NCBI GenBank assembly: GCA_036501515.1
Contig: DASYAD010000395.1
Coordinates: 1,481-65,480 of the forward strand
Source: Trebonia sp.
GTDB taxonomy: Bacteria > Actinomycetota > Actinomycetes > Streptosporangiales > Streptosporangiaceae
DNA length: 64,000 nt
Direction: 5' to 3'
Shown here: one piece after another, positions 57,046-64,000 of the stretch
Numbering within the stretch: position 1 is the first letter of the stretch
Layout: each line of letters starts with the position of its first letter
Translations under genes and position numbers: made by a program
The notes under the pieces: generated by a model
Seen by the model: only the letters and a program-made list of their open reading frames with translations
Told to the model about the DNA's origin: nothing
Database searches by the model: none

Positions 57046-57795
57046 ATGACGGGACAGCCAGAGGCGCCGGCGCCGGGCGAGGAAGCGCCGGAAGGCCAGC
57101 CGGCCGGCGAGGTACTGCTCGAGGCGGTCGGCCTGACCGCAGGGTACGGAGACCTCGCGGCCGTCAGGGACGCCAGCCTGCGGCTGCACCGCGGCGAGAT
57201 CGTCGCCGTCGTCGGGCCCAACGGAGCCGGCAAGACCACCACCATGCACGCCCTGGTCGGCGAGCTCCCGCTGATGCGGGGCGAAGTGCGCTGGCTCGGC
57301 CGCCCGGTGGCCAGCCCCCTGCACCGCCGGGTCCGCGAGGGCCTTGGCTACGTGCCCGAGGTGCGGTCGATCATCATGAGCATGTCCTGCCGCGACAACC
57401 TCCGGCTCGGCCGCGGCGACCTCGGCCATGCCCTTGAGCTGTTCCCGGAGCTTGAGCAGCTGCTACCGCGGCGCGCGGGGCTGCTGTCAGGCGGCGAGCA
57501 GCAGATGCTCATCCTCGGCCGGGCGCTCGCGGCCCGGCCGAGCGCGCTGATCGTGGACGAGCTGTCACTCGGCCTCGCCCCGGTCGTCGTCGGCCGGCTG
57601 ACGGAGGCACTCAAGGTGGCGGCCAGACAGGACGGCTGCGGCGTGCTGCTGGTCGAGCAGCAGGCCAGGCGGGCCTTCGCGGTGGCCGACCGCTGGTACC
57701 TGTTCCGTAACGGCCGCAACGTGGCCAGCGGCGACACCAAGTCGGGCCACCAGGCGATGGAGCAGGCCTACCTGGCCAGTACCGGCGTCAGCTAG
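57046..57795 (+). CDS. LivF-like ABC ATP-binding protein
   Basis: GPNGAGKTT, LSGGEQQM, VDELSLGLAP, VEQ. Confidence 0.92.
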   Translation: MTGQPEAPAPGEEAPEGQPAGEVLLEAVGLTAGYGDLAAVRDASLRLHRGEIVAVVGPNGAGKTTTMHALVGELPLMRGEVRWLGRPVASPLHRRVREGLGYVPEVRSIIMSMSCRDNLRLGRGDLGHALELFPELEQLLPRRAGLLSGGEQQMLILGRALAARPSALIVDELSLGLAPVVVGRLTEALKVAARQDGCGVLLVEQQARRAFAVADRWYLFRNGRNVASGDTKSGHQAMEQAYLASTGVS

Positions 57796-58391
57796 CCGCC
57801 CGGGCCCCGGGCCGTGACCATCAGGTATTCAAGCAAGCGGACGAGGACCTGCTTGCCTGAGCCGCGCTGGCGGGCGTCGCAGAACTGGATGGGGACGCGG
57901 GGGCCGATGTCGAGGGCGTCGCGGACCTCGTGCTCGTTGTACATCTCGGCGCCGTCGAAGCAGTTCACCGCGACGATGAAGGGAATGCCACGGGTCTCGA
58001 AGAAGTCGAGGGACCCGAAGCAGTCGGTGATGCGCCGGGTGTCGGCGAGGACGACCGCGCCGAGCGCGCCCGCGGACAGTTCCTTCCACATGAACCAGAA
58101 CCGGTCCTGGCCGGGCGTGCCGAACAGGTACAGCACCACCTCGGAGCTGATCGTGATCCGGCCGAAGTCCAGCGCCACCGTGGTCGTGGTCTTGCCGGCG
58201 ATCCCGGTGAGGTCGTCGACGGACGCGCCGACCTGCGACAGGCGTTCTTCCGTGCGCAGCGGCTTGATCTCGCTGATGGCCGAGACCATGGTGGTCTTGC
58301 CGGCCCCGAACCCGCCGGCGATCAGGACCTTGACCGCCTGCGCGCCGCTCAGGTCGGGATGCCTGAGCGGGTTAGAGTTTGCGTACGCCAT
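57792..58391 (-). CDS. conservon small GTPase (CvnD-type)
   Basis: GGFGAGKTT, TTTVALDFG, GTPGQDRF, CDAR. Confidence 0.92.
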   Translation of the reverse strand: MAYANSNPLRHPDLSGAQAVKVLIAGGFGAGKTTMVSAISEIKPLRTEERLSQVGASVDDLTGIAGKTTTTVALDFGRITISSEVVLYLFGTPGQDRFWFMWKELSAGALGAVVLADTRRITDCFGSLDFFETRGIPFIVAVNCFDGAEMYNEHEVRDALDIGPRVPIQFCDARQRGSGKQVLVRLLEYLMVTARGPGG

Positions 58392-58743
58392 CGAGTACCG
58401 CCTGTAGCAGGTTGATGTCGGGCTTGGCCGTTACCGGGGGCGGGGGCCGGTGGGTGAGGTAGCCGGTGTCGATCAGGTCGCTGACGAGGACCTTGACGGC
58501 AGCCAGCAGCAGGTCCAGGTGGGCGGCGATCTCGGCGATCGACAGCGCCCGGTGCTGGCACAGCCGCAGGATTTCCCGGTACTCCCGGTCCAGGCCGGCG
58601 TTGCCGGGAGCCGAGCGGGCGGCGCTGACCAGGGTGAGGATGTCGAGGCCGTGCAGGTCCCGGCCGGCCCGGCCCCTGGTCATCGCGAACGGGCGAACCA
58701 GTGGGCCGGGGTCCTCGTCCCCGCCGGACGCGCCGCCGCTCAT
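58372..58743 (-). CDS. DUF742 protein (CvnC-type)
   Basis: VRPFAMTRGR, SIAEIAAHLDL..KVLVSDL. Confidence 0.9.
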   Translation of the reverse strand: MSGGASGGDEDPGPLVRPFAMTRGRAGRDLHGLDILTLVSAARSAPGNAGLDREYREILRLCQHRALSIAEIAAHLDLLLAAVKVLVSDLIDTGYLTHRPPPPVTAKPDINLLQAVLDGVRKL

Positions 58744-59180
58744 GGCACGCGCGAGGGCGGCGGCTCAGCTGGCAGCGCGCGCGGGCCAGCGGTGAGGGCG
58801 CTGCCTACCTGCTGCACGATCACGTTCATCTCATACGCCACCATCCCCAGGTCGGCGCGCGGCGAGGCGAGCAGGGCCAGGCAGGCGCCCGTGCCGGCCT
58901 CCGTCACCACGAGGAACCCGTCCTCCAGCTCGACGACCGTCTGCAGCATGCCGCCCTTGCCGAACCGCTCGCCCACGCCGCGTGACAAGCTGCTGAACGC
59001 CGACGCCATCGCCGCCAGGTGCTCGGCGCCCTCGCGGTCCAGTTCCGCCGAGCGAGCCAGCGGCAGCCCGTCACCGGACAGCACCACCGCCTTCTCGCTG
59101 CCCGCCAGCCGCCGGACCAGGTCATCAAGCAGCCAGTTCAGCCGGCCACCGCGGGCCGGGCCCGTCATATCGTCGTTCAT
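58740..59180 (-). CDS. roadblock/LC7 protein (CvnB-type)
   Basis: LNWLLDDL, VLSGDGL, LAAMAS, DLGMVAYEM. Confidence 0.92.
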   Translation of the reverse strand: MNDDMTGPARGGRLNWLLDDLVRRLAGSEKAVVLSGDGLPLARSAELDREGAEHLAAMASAFSSLSRGVGERFGKGGMLQTVVELEDGFLVVTEAGTGACLALLASPRADLGMVAYEMNVIVQQVGSALTAGPRALPAEPPPSRVP

Positions 59181-61519
59181 CGCTTGTCCTCGCTAGCAGA
59201 ATCGCGTCCCAGGCGGCTTCCCCGCTGAAAGGCCGACATGGAACCCCGGGCCTGATCCGGGCTGCGCTGCGGCCGCCGCGGCGCTGGCTGCCCCGCGGCT
59301 TCGGTGGCGTCCGTCCGGAGCTCGGGGGCCAAGTTCGCCAGCCGCTCGCGGCGCGCCAGGGGTGCGTGCCCTCGCCTGGGCCCCGGCGCGGGAGTGGGAG
59401 AAGGAGGGGGGACGGGAGACGTGGCGTTCTCCCACGGCGGCGCCGGAACGGCCACGCGGTCCGGCTGGGCTGGCCCGGGCCGCGCGGCCGGCGGTGCCAT
59501 CCGGTGGCCGAGCGAGTCGGCCCCGTCGCCGCCAGCCGGACGCGGCACCGCACCGCGCCCCAGCAGAGCGGGAGCTGCGGGCAGCTGCTCGTGCCGCCCG
59601 GCGCGGCCAGGCGCGGGCGGGTCGTACGCCCCGGCGGGCCCGGTTTCCACCAGCCGGGCGGGAATCAGCACGATCGCCTTGGCGCCGCCGTAGGCGGAGT
59701 CCTGCAGGCTCACCGCGATGCCGTGCCGCTGCGCCAGCTGGCCGACCACGAACAGCCCGATATGCCGCTGCCCGGACGCGGTCATCTGCTGGAATCCGGG
59801 CGGGTTGCGCAGCGTCTCGTTCAGCTGCTCGCGCTTCGCGTACTCGATTCCCAGGCCCTGGTCCTCCACTTCGACGACCACGCCTTTGCCGACCGCGTTG
59901 CCGCGCACCGTCACTGTCGCGTCGGGCGGCGAGAAGGCCGTCGCGTTGTCGACCAGCTCTGCCAGCAGGTGGATGAGGTCGCCCACGACGCTTCCCTGCA
60001 CCCGCGCGTCGGGCAGGCGGACCGTGTCCACCCGCGCGAAGTGCTCGGTCTCCGACACCGCGCTGCGCACCACGTCTTCGACCGCGGCCGGCTGCCGCCA
60101 CCTGCGCCCGGGCTGGCCGCCGCCCAGGATGAGCAGGTTCTCGGCGTTGCGGCGGGCCCGGGTGGCCAGGTGGTCGAGCTGGAACAGCAGCTCCAGGTGC
60201 TCCGGGTCGCCTTGCCTGGCCTCGGCCACGTCGAGCAGCTCCAGCTGCCGGTGCACCACGAGCTGACTGCGGTGGGCGATGTCGAGGAAGACCTTGCTGA
60301 TGCCGTTCCTGGTGCTGGCCTCCGCGGCGGCCGCCGTGACAGCGGTGCGCTGCGCGGCGTTGAACGCTTCGGCGACCTGCCCGATCTCATCGGAGCCGTA
60401 GTCGAGCTGCCCCAGCGCCGACTCCACGTCGACGGGCTCGCCGGCGCCAAGGCGCGCGACGATCTCGGGCAGCTTGGTGTCGGCGAGTTCCAGGGTCCTG
60501 GTGCGCAGCCGCCGCAGCCGGCCAACTAGCCGGTTCGCCAGTCCCACGGCGGCGGCGAACGCCGCGATCGTCAGCACGAGCACGAGCGCGCCCAGCCAGA
60601 TCGACCTGGACAACGTCTGACTGGCCGCGGCCACGGTCGCGTCCGCGCTCTGCTGGTCGCTATCGATCCACAGCTGGAGGATGCCCGCCGACACCGTACT
60701 TTCGGCGGCCAGCCAGCCGGCCGCGGGTGCGCCCAGCTTGCCGTGACTGGCCAGCGCGTCCTCGTCAGCAGTGGCGACCCGCCACGCGCTCCCGGTGATG
60801 AGGTGGTGGTATACCGACTGCTCGGCCGGGTTTAGTCGCGCGGCGACCGCCTGCAGGTCATTCCGGTAGGCACCCGTCAGCTGGGCCACCTGGAGCCGGT
60901 CAGGCTGACTCAGCGTCCCGCGCTCGGCCCAGCCCGCTCCGAGTCCGACCGCGCGTGAGTGCAGGTCAAGGGCAGGGAACAAGTCAAGCACCGTGATCGC
61001 GTCCACCGCCGCGACGGCATCCGGCGCGCCGAGCGCGTTCAGCAGGAGGCCCGGCGAAGAGCCGCTGACAATCTGGGTGTAGAAGGCATCGACCGCGGCG
61101 GCGCTCTCCTGACGGCTCCGGACATGCTGTCGCACGCCCGGCAGCTCCGCGCCGATCACGCGAAACCCCGCCGCGGTGCTCGCCATCACCTGGGGGTTGA
61201 TGGCCTGCAGCGCACCGACGGCTTTCCCCGCTGCCGCGAGGGCCGCGTCGGTCTCGTTCCACTGCGCCTGGAGGCCCGCCAGTGCCTGGGGGTCTCCGCC
61301 GACGGCGCGCAAGCTGATCGTGCGCTCGTTCTCGACGGCAGCCTCGAAGCGGGTCAGCACGCTGACGTTGCCCGCGGAGTAACTAGCGAAGCTGTGCTCG
61401 GAAAGACCCTCAGAGATCAGGTAACCCGCGACCGAGGCGCCCGTCACGAGCAACGCCACGCTGGGAATCAGCGCGATCGCGAGCACCCGGGTCCGGATGC
61501 CCGCCATCCGGAACTGCAT
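59177..61519 (-). CDS. conservon sensor kinase-like protein with NIT-like domain (CvnA-type)
   Basis: Two TMs, HAMP DEIGQVAEAFN, LFQLDHLATRARRNAENL, ELVDNATAFSPP, DQGLG. Confidence 0.9.
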   Translation of the reverse strand: MQFRMAGIRTRVLAIALIPSVALLVTGASVAGYLISEGLSEHSFASYSAGNVSVLTRFEAAVENERTISLRAVGGDPQALAGLQAQWNETDAALAAAGKAVGALQAINPQVMASTAAGFRVIGAELPGVRQHVRSRQESAAAVDAFYTQIVSGSSPGLLLNALGAPDAVAAVDAITVLDLFPALDLHSRAVGLGAGWAERGTLSQPDRLQVAQLTGAYRNDLQAVAARLNPAEQSVYHHLITGSAWRVATADEDALASHGKLGAPAAGWLAAESTVSAGILQLWIDSDQQSADATVAAASQTLSRSIWLGALVLVLTIAAFAAAVGLANRLVGRLRRLRTRTLELADTKLPEIVARLGAGEPVDVESALGQLDYGSDEIGQVAEAFNAAQRTAVTAAAAEASTRNGISKVFLDIAHRSQLVVHRQLELLDVAEARQGDPEHLELLFQLDHLATRARRNAENLLILGGGQPGRRWRQPAAVEDVVRSAVSETEHFARVDTVRLPDARVQGSVVGDLIHLLAELVDNATAFSPPDATVTVRGNAVGKGVVVEVEDQGLGIEYAKREQLNETLRNPPGFQQMTASGQRHIGLFVVGQLAQRHGIAVSLQDSAYGGAKAIVLIPARLVETGPAGAYDPPAPGRAGRHEQLPAAPALLGRGAVPRPAGGDGADSLGHRMAPPAARPGPAQPDRVAVPAPPWENATSPVPPPSPTPAPGPRRGHAPLARRERLANLAPELRTDATEAAGQPAPRRPQRSPDQARGSMSAFQRGSRLGRDSASEDKR

Positions 61520-61525
61520 GACGAC

Positions 61526-63274
61526 TTAACCGCCGTTCGCGCTGAGCAGCACGGGGAGCTGCAGATAGGACGCGTAATCGCCGCCGGTGTGGATGACGTG
61601 CGTTCCGCTGTTCTGCGGAATGTAGTCGCGTGTCGCTGGCATGTGCGCGCCCAGCAGGTTGTTCGCGCTGACGACGAGCCGAAGCTGCTGGCCGGGGTAG
61701 AACACCAGGCCGACCGGAGCCAGGTCGATCTCGATCTCCGCGATCTCGCCGGGGTGCAGCTTCTCAACCCGGTCGAAGCTGTACGCGGGAACCGAATCCG
61801 TGGCGAGTGCTTTATCCAGGTGCCTGGCGGACACGCGCAGGCGGCCGTCGGAACCCTTGTACCGCAGGACCGACGCGCCCCGTTCGGTGATGTCCTGGAC
61901 CATCGCACTCTGATTGGGGATCGTGAACTCTTGCAGGTGGGTGCCGTGGGCGTCCAGTTTCTGGACGAGGACGAACAGGTCCATGTCGTCGGCGCCCTTG
62001 GCCTCGACCCAGAGTCGCGCCTTGGGGTAGCCGACCAGCACCGTTTCCTCGGTGAAGCGAACGGTGAAGGAGACCAGGCCCGGGTTGGCCTCCGCGTCGT
62101 ACGCCACGGCCACTTCCTGCGCCGGCGGCTCGACGCTCAGCGTGCGCCGGAGTCCGTGGAGGTAGTACTTCGTGTACGCGACATCGGCCGGCGGGAACGC
62201 GCTGGCCGGCTGGTTGACCCGGTTGCCGCCCTCAAGGTCGAGTACGGAGTAGCGAACGGGAGGCGTCCGCTCCCAGCCGTTGTCCGCGCCCTTCAGGTAA
62301 TGGTCGAAGAACCGGCGCAGGTCCTCGGTATTGGCCTCGTCGTAGTAGTCGGGCCACTCCTGATTATCGTGGATGCGGAGCCATTTCTCCGCGGAGGAGA
62401 TCCTCCGCCAGGCCCGGAACGTTCCCTTCGTGTGCAGCGTGCTTGAGTAGCTCGCGACAACGTAGGCGGGGACGGCGATCTTCTCGAACTGCGGGGTCTT
62501 GTCCTCCCACAGGTCGTTCATCAACGGGTAGCGCTCCACCTCCGCCAGAATGTCCTCGCGCTGGTTCTGGCCGGCGTAGCTGAAGAGCTGAAGGCGCTCC
62601 GCGAACCCGGTGTCGGGCATGCCGCCGCGCATGACGAGATCGCGGTAGACGTCGCTGAACCCCTCCACCGGGTTGATCGCGGCCAGATGAGGCGGCTGCT
62701 CGGCAGCAGTGATCCACTGCGCGACCGTGAGGTAGGAGGTCCCGCTCATCGCGACCTTGCCTGAGCACCAGTCCTGGCTGGCCAGCCACTCGATCAGGTC
62801 GTAGCAGTCCGCGCCCTCCTGCCGGCCGAACATGGCGCTGTCGCCTTCGGACTCGGCGATCCCACGCGCATCGGGGTTGCAGATGGCGTAGCCCTGCGCG
62901 CACCAGTAGGCCGGGTCGGGCCCCTCGAACTTCTCCAGGCCCGAGACCTTGCTGGGGTCCAACCCGATCATCGCCAGCAGCCCGATAACGCTGGGAGCGG
63001 TCCGCTGGCTCTTGCCATAGGGGCTCCATGCGACGATGACGGGCACCTTTTCACTGCCAACAGGACGGAACACGTCAACGTAGATGGTCACGCCGTCGCG
63101 CAGGGTAACCGCGACGTCCTTCTCGAACGCGATGTCCATCGGCAGGGGCCCGAACGCAGGCGCGACCTGATACCCGGCCGGCAGGTTCCTGGTGCCCGGG
63201 TCGAACGGGCTGAGGACCCCGTTCGTGCCCGGCACGTAATGAGAAGCCTCGAACAGGTTCTTTTCATGGCTCAT
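61526..63274 (-). CDS. CocE/NonD family hydrolase
   Basis: RDGVTIYVDVFRP, SPYGK, DARG..SEG, GTSYL nucleophile motif. Confidence 0.92.
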   Translation of the reverse strand: MSHEKNLFEASHYVPGTNGVLSPFDPGTRNLPAGYQVAPAFGPLPMDIAFEKDVAVTLRDGVTIYVDVFRPVGSEKVPVIVAWSPYGKSQRTAPSVIGLLAMIGLDPSKVSGLEKFEGPDPAYWCAQGYAICNPDARGIAESEGDSAMFGRQEGADCYDLIEWLASQDWCSGKVAMSGTSYLTVAQWITAAEQPPHLAAINPVEGFSDVYRDLVMRGGMPDTGFAERLQLFSYAGQNQREDILAEVERYPLMNDLWEDKTPQFEKIAVPAYVVASYSSTLHTKGTFRAWRRISSAEKWLRIHDNQEWPDYYDEANTEDLRRFFDHYLKGADNGWERTPPVRYSVLDLEGGNRVNQPASAFPPADVAYTKYYLHGLRRTLSVEPPAQEVAVAYDAEANPGLVSFTVRFTEETVLVGYPKARLWVEAKGADDMDLFVLVQKLDAHGTHLQEFTIPNQSAMVQDITERGASVLRYKGSDGRLRVSARHLDKALATDSVPAYSFDRVEKLHPGEIAEIEIDLAPVGLVFYPGQQLRLVVSANNLLGAHMPATRDYIPQNSGTHVIHTGGDYASYLQLPVLLSANGG

Positions 63275-63276
63275 GT

Positions 63277-64000
63277 CTATCGACCTTTCGCCGGTATGAC
63301 CGGCAACTGCACGTAGCTGGGATGATCGGGGCCCGTGTACACGGTGTTCGACGCGCCGGCGTGGTAGCTCTCGTCATAGGCGCGCGACGGCAGGCCCGCG
63401 GGGGAGTAAGGCTGGACGTCAATCCGCAGCCGGCTGCCTTGACGGATCAGCGCGCTGCTCGGGTACAGGCCCACCTCGATCGCGACGATTTCACCGTCTG
63501 CGAGCGGCTGGTAATCCGCCTCGGCATGGGTGTGGACGGGCCAGTATTCTGTCGACCGCGCGTCGTCGAGCGCCCGGTGCGAGACCTTGAGCAGACCGTG
63601 TCCCACCGGGTGGATGTTGGTCGGGTCGATCGGCGGCACCAGCGACTCGTACCTGACCTCCCGGTCGTGGTCGTCCAGCACGCGCAGCGACACGAAGACA
63701 TCCATGTCGCGGCTCGTCGACGAGACCCACAGGCCGGCCTTCATGTAGCCGGCCAGCACCATGTCTTCCGGCAGCGGGTCGCTGACGAACGAGACGCCGG
63801 TCGACCAGCGCGGGGTGCCGCCGACGTAACCCGCGGGCGACATCGACGGCCGCCCGATGTCAAGCTGCGCGTCATAGAACGCCGCGGCATCGAGGCCGGG
63901 GACGTTCTCGCTGATGCGCAGGAAGTCGCTCCGGCGGCCGTCTCCTGTCCAGTCCGACGGGCGCGCGTCGAGGTACCAGCACCGGTAAGCGGTCCGCGGA
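63277..64000 (-). CDS. CocE/NonD family hydrolase, C-terminal part (5' end outside window)
   Basis: Frame open to window edge; DMDVFVSL, GLLKVSHR, SYVQLPVI. Confidence 0.85.
   Translation of the reverse strand, partial: PRTAYRCWYLDARPSDWTGDGRRSDFLRISENVPGLDAAAFYDAQLDIGRPSMSPAGYVGGTPRWSTGVSFVSDPLPEDMVLAGYMKAGLWVSSTSRDMDVFVSLRVLDDHDREVRYESLVPPIDPTNIHPVGHGLLKVSHRALDDARSTEYWPVHTHAEADYQPLADGEIVAIEVGLYPSSALIRQGSRLRIDVQPYSPAGLPSRAYDESYHAGASNTVYTGPDHPSYVQLPVIPAKGR

Noticed and set aside
21163-57795. Secondary-metabolite biosynthetic cluster or intact mobile element
   Set aside because: No PKS/NRPS/terpene/RiPP core, integrase, transposase or att/tRNA site seen; ring-cleavage enzymes and an importer point to catabolism
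1-64000. Many long alternative-frame and antisense ORFs in the track (e.g. 8019-9536, 28663-30333, 46807-48801, 53884-55467)
   Set aside because: Shadow ORFs expected at this GC content; they overlap motif-supported genes and translate to Arg/Pro/Gly-rich sequence with no motifs

Overview
A 64-kb, very GC-rich window from an actinobacterial chromosome (conservon, CU044_5270 anti-sigma, F420-dependent LLM/PPOX enzymes; the taxon is inferred). No rRNA, tRNA, CRISPR array or intact transposase/integrase was recognised. 1-21 kb is an accessory patchwork: Uma2 nuclease, PHP protein, Ser/Thr kinase, ECF sigma/anti-sigma pair, secreted acid phosphatase, a DGT-28-like (class IV-type) EPSP synthase, MFS transporters and several deletion-scarred pseudogenes. 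About 21.2-57.8 kb is an aromatic-catabolism island: 3 intact P450s, a Rieske oxygenase, extradiol and cupin dioxygenase-like proteins, a NahE-like hydratase-aldolase, paired CoA-transferases, an Ltp2-like thiolase plus DUF35 protein, dehydrogenases and a Liv-type ABC importer. The island is tied together by three paralogous IclR regulators, a recurring 17-bp palindrome TGTTCG-N5-CGAACA and a duplicated 63-bp promoter/operator module. An orphan HicB-fold gene is translationally coupled inside the Rieske operon. 57.8-64 kb holds a conservon (cvnABCD-type) directly downstream of tandem CocE/NonD hydrolases. A 101-bp AT-rich non-coding element occurs twice (3760-3860, 37297-37397). All calls come from reading motifs by eye; identities were counted by hand and no database searches were run.
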